The position numbers and the translations under genes are program-made. 64,000 nt of DNA from Candidatus Bathyarchaeum tardum (GTDB lineage Archaea; Thermoproteota; Bathyarchaeia; Bathyarchaeales; Bathyarchaeaceae): contig CP122380.1 of the NCBI GenBank assembly GCA_024650005.2, positions 1,792,001-1,856,000 on the forward strand, given 5' to 3'. Shown here one piece after another: positions 30,667-40,776 of the stretch. Positions within the stretch are counted from its first letter, which is position 1, and each line of letters begins with the position of its first letter. The notes below the pieces were generated by a model. That model saw only the letters and a program-made list of their open reading frames with translations, ran no database searches and was not told where the DNA came from.

Positions 30667-31866
30667 TTAGTTTCCATTTCCAAGCCATAATCGGCTAAAT
30701 TTGCTAGTTTTTTCTGTTTTGTGCCCAAAAATCAACTTTGTCAAGAAAGGAGTCAGTATAATTGTAACTATGGACAAGAGAACTAGACCCGCTAAAATGC
30801 TCTCACTCAATAGTCCATACTGGAATGCTAAACTTGCAGTTGCCAATGTTGTGGACATTTGAGCAATTGTCATGATACCCATTCCCAAACTAGTTTTTGA
30901 AGGAAATCCGACAAGCCGACCTCCCAGAAAACCGCTTACTGATTTACTTACAATGAGGGATAAAATAATCAATCCTGTCGATAAAAGATCTCCTGGCGCA
31001 AATATTGCGGTCATGTTGGTTGTCATTCCCAAACTTAATAAGAAAACTGGAATTAGAAACCCGTAACTGACAGCAATAATGTTTTCTTCGAGTTGTTTTC
31101 GTTTTTTTAACATATCTGAAAGTGTTAACCCTGCCAAGAAGCCTCCAACCATTGCATGGACACCAATTAATTCTGCCATAAATGCTACCAGAGCTAATGT
31201 AATGAAAACTGCACGTAATCCAGCCGCAAAGGCATCTTTTTTAGGTCCAAAATAAAATAGCCATTCTTGAAGAATTGGAATCAAATATAAAACTATTAAA
31301 ACGAAAATTAATAGAACAACTGGAAAAATTGCTAAAGGTATAGGAGAAACCGGCACAACTGCATTAAGCAAGACCGCGAGAATAATCAAGCTAATTACGT
31401 CTTCCAGAAAGATGGCTGAAACAACTGTTGATTTTATGTTTGATTCAATGTCCAACTCCCTCAACATTGGAACAATTAAACCTACAGATGATGAACTAAA
31501 ACATGTTCCTAAAATTAATGATGCAAGAGAACTTAACCCTAAGCAAATTCCAACAAAAAAGCCGGTTATAAAAGGAATTATAAGGTTTAACCCAGCAAAA
31601 TACACTACAGTTCTTCCCGACTTCTTCAGGACCGAAAATTGAGTGTCCAATCCTGCTGTAAACATGAGAAAAATAAGGCCTATTGTTGCAAAAAAATCCA
31701 TTATTTCCCCTGATTCTACAGCATTTAAACCATATGGACCTAAAATCATTCCTGCAAAAATGACCGCAGTTACCCACGGTATCTGAAACCTCCTAAGCAA
31801 TACTGGAAAAAAGAAAGACGCAGCAATCCAAATTAAGAATAAAAGAATGGGAATCAAAGGTCTCAC
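30667..31866 (-). CDS. Cation:proton antiporter (CPA2, Kef-like, no KTN domain)
   Basis: AGMILGP, GLIFLMFTAGL, AIFLEDV, GGFLAGL, IPVF..LG. Confidence 0.88.
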   Translation of the reverse strand: MRPLIPILLFLIWIAASFFFPVLLRRFQIPWVTAVIFAGMILGPYGLNAVESGEIMDFFATIGLIFLMFTAGLDTQFSVLKKSGRTVVYFAGLNLIIPFITGFFVGICLGLSSLASLILGTCFSSSSVGLIVPMLRELDIESNIKSTVVSAIFLEDVISLIILAVLLNAVVPVSPIPLAIFPVVLLIFVLIVLYLIPILQEWLFYFGPKKDAFAAGLRAVFITLALVAFMAELIGVHAMVGGFLAGLTLSDMLKKRKQLEENIIAVSYGFLIPVFLLSLGMTTNMTAIFAPGDLLSTGLIILSLIVSKSVSGFLGGRLVGFPSKTSLGMGIMTIAQMSTTLATASLAFQYGLLSESILAGLVLLSIVTIILTPFLTKLIFGHKTEKTSKFSRLWLGNGN

Positions 31867-32250
31867 CCAAATTAATTATTTATCATCGCTAATCTAACAT
31901 GCTATAAGTCAATAAAACATTAAGGTAGGAGTTAGCCACAAACTTCTAAAATTTATAAACATCAGCATACAATTCAAGCCAAGTTACAATTAATTCTAAA
32001 GTGCAATTCCATAAGAATTTCTTGGGATGGCTGTTGAATGCCAATTCGAATTGTTTTTTGTTCTAAATCGTTTATTCTTAGGCAAAGCAGATATACGTTC
32101 AATATTTGATTTAACTCGACATTAGGGTCAGAAAGGTTTTCGCATATGTTCTAGGGATGTACCTATCAGCTTTCGAAATATGTCTTTGTAGGTAGGATGT
32201 TATTTATTGTAAATCTTGACATTTAATCAATTAATTTGGTGAGCTGTAAA

Positions 32251-32394
32251 TTGAAGTATGAAATTGAAATTGAGATTCCCAGTTCTGGTGCATGGTTCAA
32301 ATATTTTACTGGAATTGATTCTTTAGAAGAAGCAGAACAAATCAAAGCAGCCGCAGAAGGAAACGTTAACGCCCGGATCATGCAAGGCGCTTAA
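32251..32394 (+). CDS. Putative 47-aa small protein
   Basis: GGTGAG RBS then TTG: MKYEIEIEIPSSGAWFKYFTGIDSLEEAEQIKAAAEGNVNARIMQGA. Confidence 0.55.
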   Translation: MKYEIEIEIPSSGAWFKYFTGIDSLEEAEQIKAAAEGNVNARIMQGA

Positions 32395-32542
32395 TTGCAA
32401 AATTCAGTGTTGTTTGCTTCTTTTGTTGTTTGTCCAGTTTCGGTAGTCAGTTCGTTTTGTTTTATAGCAGCAAAATTTTAATCAGTTTTAAAAACGTACA
32501 CCATATTATTTACTATTGTATAAAAAATCTGGGCGAAATAAT

Positions 32543-33343
32543 GTGACGGGGACTTTTGATAACCTAAAGAAATACATTCAGATGCGAGAAAAAACAGACC
32601 GCCAGATGTCAAATTTTTGGTTGGTCTTGTACTTTTTGCCCGTTTTTGTTGCAATTGTAGCAGGAGGATATTTTATGGTTTCGTTGATGGCTCAGTTTTC
32701 TTCGATAGATTCTGTGACTTCGTACGATTTTTTTTATGATGAAGTATTATCAGGGGTAATGTTGCCTTGGTTTTTTGTTAGTTTGTCGTCGTTCACTTCT
32801 GTAGTTGTTGGTTTGGTTGTTCCGTATTTTCTTGTTAATAGACGTAAAACTCATTTTAACCGACAAAAACTTCTTTCTCAGAATCTAATAGGTGCTATTG
32901 ATTCTGTTGCTCAAACAACTGGTGTTGAGGTTCAAGACACTTTATTGGTGTTGCAAAAAAATGTAAAAGAAGCAAATTCGGATAAAACTGACAAAAACCC
33001 GATTTTATGGGCATTTTTGTCAGCATTCATTCCATTTTTGTCGTTATATGTTTATTATTTTCTTGTTTCAGACTTTTATAAACATGAACAATTAGAGAAC
33101 AGTTTTTGGGAGCAATCCAGCATTGCATTAAACCAATTAGGCATAACTTTTTCTGTTCCTCAGAGAGCCAAGCCTATGGATAACAGAAGTTTTGTGTTGT
33201 ACCTAATTTTAACTATAGTAACTACGGGATTGTTTGGAGCATACTGGTTTTATGTTTTGTTAAACGACCCAAATCAACACTTTGAGTATCATAAACGGGT
33301 AGAAACTCAACTGTTAAGTACAGTCGAATCAGCTGGCATCTAG
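32543..33343 (+). CDS. DUF4234-like membrane protein
   Basis: RSFVLYLILTIVTTGLFGAYWFY..ND.N.HF repeat-type motif. Confidence 0.7.
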   Translation: MTGTFDNLKKYIQMREKTDRQMSNFWLVLYFLPVFVAIVAGGYFMVSLMAQFSSIDSVTSYDFFYDEVLSGVMLPWFFVSLSSFTSVVVGLVVPYFLVNRRKTHFNRQKLLSQNLIGAIDSVAQTTGVEVQDTLLVLQKNVKEANSDKTDKNPILWAFLSAFIPFLSLYVYYFLVSDFYKHEQLENSFWEQSSIALNQLGITFSVPQRAKPMDNRSFVLYLILTIVTTGLFGAYWFYVLLNDPNQHFEYHKRVETQLLSTVESAGI

Positions 33344-33359
33344 AAAAATGAGGATTTGA

Positions 33360-34028
33360 TCATAACCCAAGCAGGTAGGGAGTGATAAAAGTTTCAATAA
33401 CTGCTGCAATTCCCATCAACATTATCGATGTTACAGCAAAAATTATTGTGTCCTGTAATCCTAGTTTGAATTTGAGATTATCTAATTTTTTTCCCCGTAA
33501 TTTGTTTATTATTGCTTCTGTAATGGTTACTTGCCACAGAACAATCGCAGATAACTGGAACAAAAATGCAGGTATCTCAATTATGCCGTGAGGAATTAAC
33601 CCTAATATTGGGTAAGCTACTCCTTTACTGATTCCTACCATTACTGCAACTATTCCGATTAATCCACTATTAAGCAAAATCTCTAATCCCAACAATAATG
33701 GCCCCACCGCTGGAATCCAAACAATCATTCTGAGGGGGTTCCAGAAATGCCCAATGTTATTAAAGAAAATGAACGAATACAAACTTCCCGTGTAAGGAGA
33801 TGGAATATCTCCAGTGCCTATAGTTGTTTCAGTAAATGAACCCAAAGTGTCAATTAAGTCAGGAGCCATATTAAAAATTACGATTGTAACAATAATGGAT
33901 GTTGTCAACAGAATAAAGAAGGCAAATGTTATTGCCTTTAAAATCAAGCTGTTTCGGTCAATTGCTTCTTTGAAGAGCCTTTTTGCCTTTGCGAACTGTG
34001 ATCCAACTTGCAGACCTGACATCTCCAA
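33360..34028 (-). CDS. SpoIIM/DUF95 family membrane protein
   Basis: IFFNN, LLNSG, IPHGIIEIPA, IAAVIETFITP. Confidence 0.85.
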   Translation of the reverse strand: MEMSGLQVGSQFAKAKRLFKEAIDRNSLILKAITFAFFILLTTSIIVTIVIFNMAPDLIDTLGSFTETTIGTGDIPSPYTGSLYSFIFFNNIGHFWNPLRMIVWIPAVGPLLLGLEILLNSGLIGIVAVMVGISKGVAYPILGLIPHGIIEIPAFLFQLSAIVLWQVTITEAIINKLRGKKLDNLKFKLGLQDTIIFAVTSIMLMGIAAVIETFITPYLLGL

Positions 34029-34211
34029 GTAGTTTGAATGATTTAAGTTGATTAAAAGTTTTATCTGAACTATTTTTGTTTCATTATCTACAAAATCTAA
34101 AAAAAGGTCCGAATAGTAAACCTGATTTTGCGTAACGAATAGGTTTTAAACGTGCGAACCTTAATTTCTTATGAACAAAATTTTACTTATCAACTGTGGA
34201 ACGGGCACAGA

Positions 34212-35897
34212 ATGACGGCTCAACTAACTGACACCCAAAAGGAAGATATACTAAACATCTGTAACGACATAGCTGGCTCGCGCAAAATCACTGCTGTATG
34301 TGTTTACGGTCCATGGGCTTGTGGCTACGCTGACCAAAAAACAGACATAAATGTCCTTCTTGTAATTGAAAAATTTCTTCTTCGTTTAACAAACCATTTT
34401 GGTACTGTTGATGACATCAAGATTTCAATTTTAGTTGTTAACCGTTCAGACTTTGAAAAAGACATCAAAAAAGGTTGGCTAGGAGAATTCGTTGCAGAAA
34501 GAGTGCTTTTTCCGTACCTACCTTTAGTTAATGCTGAATACTTGCACAGCAATGAAGTAAAAACCAAAAAAAGAACAGTAATTGAACTTCTTGGAAACTT
34601 AATTTTAGAGTTTCCAGAATCTTCCCATGAGTTTCTCATCAAAAATGAGTACTTCATGTATGAAACAATGATGAGAAAAGCCAAACTTTTCCCTCCATTA
34701 GCTTACGTTTTTCATAACATTACCCAAAAAAATGCAGAACAAAACATTAAAGCCATTATGGAAGGATACATGGAAGCGTTCAAAGAATTAGAGAAAGAAA
34801 ACACAATTGTTCTTTCAGACGACCATATAAAGATCAAAACCTTTCATATTCAAGCATCAAAAAACTGGAAAAACAAAATTCCCCTGGTTGTCAATTTTTT
34901 CCGAAGAATAACAGTTTCTCCTCTTTTGAGGCTTTATTCTGAATCAGCTGACTCTTTTATCCAAGAGCAACGGCTTTTCACGACTGGACACAAAAACGTC
35001 ATTGCTAACAAATTGGTTTCTCAACTAGAAGATCCGAAAAAATACATTTTGCTTCCTACGCCTCTGGGGACAATTTCTCTTTCGGATAAATCTGACATCA
35101 CTGATGTAGCCAAGAAAATCTTGGTCGACGATGAATTTTCAAAAATAGAAATTAAAAAAATTGGTGGAGTTTTTAACGATATTTATCTTCTTAGCATAAA
35201 AAATGGGAAAGAAAAAAAAGTTGTAGTAAAACAATTTCTAGACTGGTCGAACCTTAAATGGTTACCGTTAAGCATGTGGTCAGTTGGAACTGCATCTTTT
35301 TCTGTATTGGGAACTTCAAGAATGGAAAAAGAATATGCAATAACCAACTATTTACACAGTAATGGTTTTCCGGTTCCTCAAATATTTCATATCAGCTACC
35401 CCAAGCGCCTGCTTTTTGAAGAATACGTTGAAGGCAAAGAACTAGTAGAAACCATCAGAGAAATTTTTACATCAAATAACCCCCCAAAAGCATCTGACCT
35501 CGATTTAGTAAAAGAAGCAGGACGTATGGTAGCTAAAGCTCACGCTTTAGGTGTAACTTTAGGTGATTGCAAGCCTGAGAATTTTATGGTTACAGAAAAT
35601 GGAATTGTCTTGTTGGACCTTGAACAAGCAGCAAGAAGTGGAAACAAAACATGGGATGTTGCAGAGTTTCTATATTTTTCTGGCCATTACAGTCCACCAA
35701 TGTCAACTACTAACTCCGCGATTACTATCGCAAGAACTTTTATTGATGGATACATTGAAGCTGGAGGCGACAAAATAACAGTGAAGAGTGCAGCGTCTCC
35801 ACGGTACACTAAAGTTTTTACCGTTTTTACTCCGCCACATATTTTGCTTGCAATATCTAATGTTTGCAAAAAACATGAACCAAAAGCAGATTCATAA
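34212..35897 (+). CDS. Fusion of Pol-beta-like nucleotidyltransferase domain and Bud32/Kdo/RIO-like kinase domain
   Basis: N-term VYGPWACGYADQKTDINVLLV. C-term IGGVFND, VVVKQF, EEYVEG, LGDCKPENF, LLDLEQA, WDVAEFLY. Confidence 0.75.
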   Translation: MTAQLTDTQKEDILNICNDIAGSRKITAVCVYGPWACGYADQKTDINVLLVIEKFLLRLTNHFGTVDDIKISILVVNRSDFEKDIKKGWLGEFVAERVLFPYLPLVNAEYLHSNEVKTKKRTVIELLGNLILEFPESSHEFLIKNEYFMYETMMRKAKLFPPLAYVFHNITQKNAEQNIKAIMEGYMEAFKELEKENTIVLSDDHIKIKTFHIQASKNWKNKIPLVVNFFRRITVSPLLRLYSESADSFIQEQRLFTTGHKNVIANKLVSQLEDPKKYILLPTPLGTISLSDKSDITDVAKKILVDDEFSKIEIKKIGGVFNDIYLLSIKNGKEKKVVVKQFLDWSNLKWLPLSMWSVGTASFSVLGTSRMEKEYAITNYLHSNGFPVPQIFHISYPKRLLFEEYVEGKELVETIREIFTSNNPPKASDLDLVKEAGRMVAKAHALGVTLGDCKPENFMVTENGIVLLDLEQAARSGNKTWDVAEFLYFSGHYSPPMSTTNSAITIARTFIDGYIEAGGDKITVKSAASPRYTKVFTVFTPPHILLAISNVCKKHEPKADS

Positions 35898-35899
35898 TT

Positions 35900-37534
35900 T
35901 TATGATATTTCTTGTAGACGTTCGTTAAGTATTTGATGCTCTTTTTCTGATATCCAGTTTTCTTCTTTTAGTTCTGTTATTCCTTTTTTGATGGCTAACT
36001 GCAACTCGGTCTTCCCTAAAATATTGGCTTTGCGCCCTGCTTCGTTTAGCTCTTTTTCAAAAACTGGGTTTTCTTGAGTCAAATCCACAAGTCTATCAAG
36101 AAGAGCAGCTATAGTATCTGAACGGGGTTGCAGAAAACATTTCATTTTTCCTGAACCAAAAACACTTTTCAGTTTGGTTTTAATTCCCATGCAACCCAAC
36201 AGGGATGGAGGATATACAACATACCGTTTTCCAACTTCAGTTTCGTAGCAGATTAAATAAGCGGACATGTATGACAAAACTTGTTTTCTTCTTTTATCTT
36301 TGATGCCGATGTTGTCCAGTTCGTTTAATGCAGTTTCTTTTGTGGAAATCATTTGATCAATTTGCTTAATTATTGCTGAAGTCATGTCCTGCAGTGAATT
36401 TAATTCTTGTTCGTCCAATCTAGATCTTGCTTCTTTTGCAGCCTCAAGATCGTGAAGGCTCTTCATTGCATCATCAAGTTTGTCGTTGGGTTCTGACCGT
36501 GTTCGACCCACCTTGATTTTTTTAGCTTCTTCAACATTTTCGATTTCTCGATCAATGTCTTTGATTTCTTTGTTCAACAATGGAATCTGCTTTTTGTTTT
36601 CGTCAAACTTTTTCGTGAGCTCAAACTCGCCAGATTCATCTTTATTATCTCGGGCAACTTTAATGTCTGCTTCAATTCTCTCATTATCTTTTGTTAAACG
36701 TTCGAGCTTCTTTTCAATTACAACTCGTTTCTGATGAAGAGTACGAAGTTTTCGATCATAAGTGTTGGAAATTCTGGTAACCTCTTCATCACGTTTTTCT
36801 TGAATTTCCTTTATTTTTGCCATTACTTTTGGTTTAACATTTGTTATTTTTTGGTTAAACTCTTTCAGGGTCTTTCTCATGTCTTCCTGCAATAATTTTT
36901 CTTGTTTTCTTGATGTTTGGCTTAGAAATTTCATTGTTGCATTCAGATTTTTAATGTCTGCTTTAAGATTATTTTGGATTTCAGTAAGCTTGTTAACTGA
37001 TGCCTCAACTTCAGACTCATCCAGCATTGGAGATAAAATTGCTTTTGCAGATTCAGATTTTAAAGCATCTTCTGAGTCATTAAGATACTCCACTAAATCA
37101 TGAACAAAATCATCGTTTGTGATAAGCCCCTCGATGGTTTTTTCTTCATGACCTTCAAAGTTTTGGAAGTAACTAACATTTTGAGATAACGCAGCACTGT
37201 AAGCTGCTTCTGATTTTGAGCTTGCTTTGATATCAGTTTCGAAAGCGTTGATGTCTGGAACCAAATCATAATTGATTGTTTTTTCTGTAAATTCTAATCC
37301 ATCAAAAATAAGGGTCATCCCCTTCCAGGGCACCAACCATATGGGGTAACCGATTTCTGCTATGAATGCCAGTTTTTCTTCTGGTTTCTTTAAGACTTTT
37401 CTTTCGCCTTTTTTTCGATCTCGTTCTGCTAAATAGAAAAGTCCTGCCATTTCTATATTCTTGCTAAATGGTCTAATCCTGTCCTTAGCTGCAACACAAA
37501 AGGGTAAACCAATTTTTTTGATTCTATTTGCCAA
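35900..37534 (-). CDS. Long coiled-coil protein with globular N- and C-termini
   Basis: 544 aa; heptad-rich E/K region at ~aa 170-410; no Walker motif seen. Confidence 0.75.
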   Translation of the reverse strand: MANRIKKIGLPFCVAAKDRIRPFSKNIEMAGLFYLAERDRKKGERKVLKKPEEKLAFIAEIGYPIWLVPWKGMTLIFDGLEFTEKTINYDLVPDINAFETDIKASSKSEAAYSAALSQNVSYFQNFEGHEEKTIEGLITNDDFVHDLVEYLNDSEDALKSESAKAILSPMLDESEVEASVNKLTEIQNNLKADIKNLNATMKFLSQTSRKQEKLLQEDMRKTLKEFNQKITNVKPKVMAKIKEIQEKRDEEVTRISNTYDRKLRTLHQKRVVIEKKLERLTKDNERIEADIKVARDNKDESGEFELTKKFDENKKQIPLLNKEIKDIDREIENVEEAKKIKVGRTRSEPNDKLDDAMKSLHDLEAAKEARSRLDEQELNSLQDMTSAIIKQIDQMISTKETALNELDNIGIKDKRRKQVLSYMSAYLICYETEVGKRYVVYPPSLLGCMGIKTKLKSVFGSGKMKCFLQPRSDTIAALLDRLVDLTQENPVFEKELNEAGRKANILGKTELQLAIKKGITELKEENWISEKEHQILNERLQEIS

Positions 37535-37813
37535 GTTTCACACCAGTTTTAGTCTTTACGCTCTTTGAGCCACTTTTGATATTCTTAGTTCAGTTGATTA
37601 CAGGTGACCTTGTCGTCTTTAATGGTAGACAAGATTATGTAATTGTAACTCTGAAAGGTTATTTAGGTTTGTTGCTTTAATCAGATAAGCATTAATAAAG
37701 CTCTAATAAATACATGCAGTTTTGGTTTAATAATTTGAGTTGTTTTTTCAAGACTTTTTTTGTTCGGAGCATTTAAATCTGTGTAAAATCCTTGCAGTTG
37801 ACGGTAGATAACA

Positions 37814-38344
37814 TTGAATTACTGGAAAGATATCCCCCTTGGACAAAACCCTCCTGAGATTATTAACGCAGTTATCGAAGGAGTTAGCGGTTCAAGAGAT
37901 AAATACGAATACAAATCAGAGTGGGAAGCTTTTACATTAGACCGCGTGATTCCATCATCAGTTGTTTTCCCTATCGAATACGGTTTCGTTCCCCAAACAT
38001 GGTACGACGACCAAGACCCCCTCGACATCATGGTTATGAGTTATGAACCCCTAGAAGTTGGATGTATAGTGCGTGTTCGAGTTATTGGTGTTCTCGAAAT
38101 TGAGGATGAAAAAGGTGTGGACTCCAAAATTTTGTCAGTTCTTGTTGATGATGCTCGATTTGAAGGGGTTCAGGACATAACAGATGTTCATGTTCATCAA
38201 CTCAGGGAAATCCAAGAATTCTTTGAAACATACAAACGGTTAGAACCCCACAAGTGGGTTAAAGTAAAGGGATGGGAACCTGCAAAAAAAGGTCGAGAAA
38301 TCGTTCAATACGCGTCAGAGCAATACCAAAAACACAAAAAATAA
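37814..38344 (+). CDS. ppa: Inorganic pyrophosphatase (family I)
   Basis: KYEY, LDR, YGFVPQT, DDQDPLD, DEKGVDSK, FFETYKRLE. Confidence 0.95.
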   Translation: MNYWKDIPLGQNPPEIINAVIEGVSGSRDKYEYKSEWEAFTLDRVIPSSVVFPIEYGFVPQTWYDDQDPLDIMVMSYEPLEVGCIVRVRVIGVLEIEDEKGVDSKILSVLVDDARFEGVQDITDVHVHQLREIQEFFETYKRLEPHKWVKVKGWEPAKKGREIVQYASEQYQKHKK

Positions 38345-38358
38345 GCCAATTTTTTGTG

Positions 38359-39036
38359 ATGAAAATGCCTTTGAAGGCTGTATTGTTTGATTTGGGTTTA
38401 ACCCTTATACAAACTGCCTCTTTTCCAGAAATCTACAGACGTATTCTTGCAAGTTTTGACGTTGAAGTTCCTGTTGATAATATAATTAAGGCACAAAATG
38501 AAACCGAAAAAGAGTTTGATTTTTCGACATATGACGAAAATAATCGAAAAGAATTCTGGACAAACTACAACGCGGCTTTGATTCAAAAACTTGGAGTTAA
38601 AGAAAACATTGATTTTTTGGCCAGTCAAATTGACGAACTATGGTGGACTTACTCACATGTGGAAGTATTTCCTGATGTTGAATCCACGTTTTCTGAACTG
38701 AAAGCCAGAGGCTTAAAAATTGGATTGGTATCAAACGGGTTCCAAAAAGACCTTGATCACGTTTTAGGTGAATTAGACCTGAAAAAATGGTTTGATTCTG
38801 TAGTATGCATTGACTCTTGTAACTGTGCAAAACCCAACAAGGAAATTTTTTTGTATGCTCTAGAAAAGTTGCAAATAAACCCGAATGAAACTGTTTTTGT
38901 AGGAAATTCTATTGAGCAAGATTATGAAGGAGCATTAGCAGTTGGAATCAGACCTTTTCTGATTGACCGTGAACAAAAATATTCGAACCAGTATAACACC
39001 ATAAACAGTTTAACCGATTTGCTGGATATCCTTTGA
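38359..39036 (+). CDS. HAD-family hydrolase
   Basis: FDLGLTL, VSN, KPNKEIF, VGNSIEQDYEGA. Confidence 0.88.
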   Translation: MKMPLKAVLFDLGLTLIQTASFPEIYRRILASFDVEVPVDNIIKAQNETEKEFDFSTYDENNRKEFWTNYNAALIQKLGVKENIDFLASQIDELWWTYSHVEVFPDVESTFSELKARGLKIGLVSNGFQKDLDHVLGELDLKKWFDSVVCIDSCNCAKPNKEIFLYALEKLQINPNETVFVGNSIEQDYEGALAVGIRPFLIDREQKYSNQYNTINSLTDLLDIL

Positions 39037-39067
39037 AGAACACCCTTTTGTCAGTTTGCAGCCACCA

Positions 39068-39604
39068 TTAAAGAGCCTTTTGGACTGCTAAATTCATCAA
39101 AGTGCATGCTTTTTCTAGGTCGGTAATTGTCTTAAACAATCGGTCTTTGGTTAGGCCGTCGTAGTATATTATGTGACTTGCAATTATTTTGTTGTCTTTA
39201 ATATCTAGGGCTACGTCAACTGGGGCTAGTTTGAAACGTATTTTTGAAAAGATTTTTGTTTTTTCAGAATTTTGTTTCTTTCGTAATTTTTTTGTTTGGT
39301 CATCAGAAAAAGATATGACAGAAGAAACACATATGGAATCTTTTCGGTGAGACGACTGAACGAGATTTACTTTAGTATCAGAAGGCAAAGAAACAAGGTA
39401 ATTAAACAAAGTACTTTGTGCCGGTTCTCCGATTGGTTGTATGAAAGATAATTCTTCTTCGGTTAACCATTTTTTGATTTTTTCAGGAATAACATGTGCA
39501 AAACTACACCCTTTACTAAAAGTCAACAAAACAACCCCAACAAAAATATTATTGTATTTTTGATTAAAAATTTTGTGGCAACCAAAAAACGTCGTTTTCG
39601 ACAA
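39068..39604 (-). CDS. DUF2299-like protein (start uncertain)
   Basis: IKKWLTEE... IYYDGLTKDRLF motif. Confidence 0.6.
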   Translation of the reverse strand: MSKTTFFGCHKIFNQKYNNIFVGVVLLTFSKGCSFAHVIPEKIKKWLTEEELSFIQPIGEPAQSTLFNYLVSLPSDTKVNLVQSSHRKDSICVSSVISFSDDQTKKLRKKQNSEKTKIFSKIRFKLAPVDVALDIKDNKIIASHIIYYDGLTKDRLFKTITDLEKACTLMNLAVQKAL

Positions 39605-39639
39605 GGCTTATAGGAGAAAATGTCTTAAAGAACAGAAGA

Positions 39640-40776
39640 GTGGGCATGTCATCACAACTGATTGTAGTCAAAGTTGGCACAGCAAGCCTAACCAAAAATG
39701 ATGGAATTCTAGACAAAGAATTAATGGGCAAACTAGTCGACCAAATAGCTCAGGCAATCAAGCAAGGCAACAAAATCGTTTTTGTAACATCAGGAGCGGT
39801 CGCGGCAGGCATTGCTGAACTAGAAATTCCTCCCAAACCCAACGACATAGTATTCCAGCAAGTTTGTGCAGCCACTGGACAAAGCATAATCATGTCCATC
39901 TACCGTGAACTTTTCAAAAAACATAACCTAAAAGTCGCTCAAATCTTACTCACAGCAGAAGACCTATCAAACCGGGCAGCCTATTTGCATATCTGTGATG
40001 TTTTAGAGTTGGCTCTGCAGTTAGGTATTGTCCCCATTATCAACGAAAATGACGTTACCTCCACAGATGAACTTATCCCAATAACAAAAGGTTATGAAGT
40101 AAACTTCAGCGACAACGACAACCTTTCAGTTCTTGTCGCAAACGCCCTAGAAGCAGATATGGTAATCATATTATCCAACGTGGATGGGCTTTACACCATG
40201 CACCCTAAAAAACAGGGCGCAAAACTCATCAAAACAGTTGAACAAATCACCCCAGAACTCAAATGCGAAATAGAGGGCAAAAGTAAACTAGGTCGAGGCG
40301 GCATGAAGACAAAACTGAAAGCGGCTGAAGTCGCCACAGAAAGTGGGGTTCCTTTAGTAATTGCTAACAGCCAAAAAGAAAATGTAATAACAGATATACT
40401 GGCGGGCAAACAAGTAGGAACCTTGTTTAAGGCTCAACAAAAATTGCCTGGAATAAAGCGTTGGATAGCATACGGCGCTTCAGTTAAAGGAAAAATATTT
40501 GTTAACGAAGGAGCCAAAAATGCAATTCTTAAGGGAGGTAGTCTTCTTCCCGTAGGCATAATTAATGTTGAAGGAAATTTCAACGAAGGAGATGTAGTGT
40601 GCCTAGTTGATCACAACAGGAATGAATTTGCAAAAGCAAATCCCAACTACAACAGCAGCGAAATCAGTATTATTAAAAGTTTAAAAACAAATCAAATCAA
40701 AAAAGTTCTAGGGTACATACGCCATAAAGAGGTAGTTGCCCGAAAAAACATATGTTTATTGAAGTGTGAAATATGA
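39640..40776 (+). CDS. proB: Glutamate 5-kinase with PUA domain
   Basis: VVKVGTASL, VTSGAVAAG, AATGQ, INEND, FSDND, GGMKTK, SLLPVG. Confidence 0.95.
   Translation: MGMSSQLIVVKVGTASLTKNDGILDKELMGKLVDQIAQAIKQGNKIVFVTSGAVAAGIAELEIPPKPNDIVFQQVCAATGQSIIMSIYRELFKKHNLKVAQILLTAEDLSNRAAYLHICDVLELALQLGIVPIINENDVTSTDELIPITKGYEVNFSDNDNLSVLVANALEADMVIILSNVDGLYTMHPKKQGAKLIKTVEQITPELKCEIEGKSKLGRGGMKTKLKAAEVATESGVPLVIANSQKENVITDILAGKQVGTLFKAQQKLPGIKRWIAYGASVKGKIFVNEGAKNAILKGGSLLPVGIINVEGNFNEGDVVCLVDHNRNEFAKANPNYNSSEISIIKSLKTNQIKKVLGYIRHKEVVARKNICLLKCEI

Noticed and set aside
33360-34028. SpoIIM as evidence of sporulation
   Set aside because: DUF95/SpoIIM membrane proteins are widespread in non-sporulating archaea.
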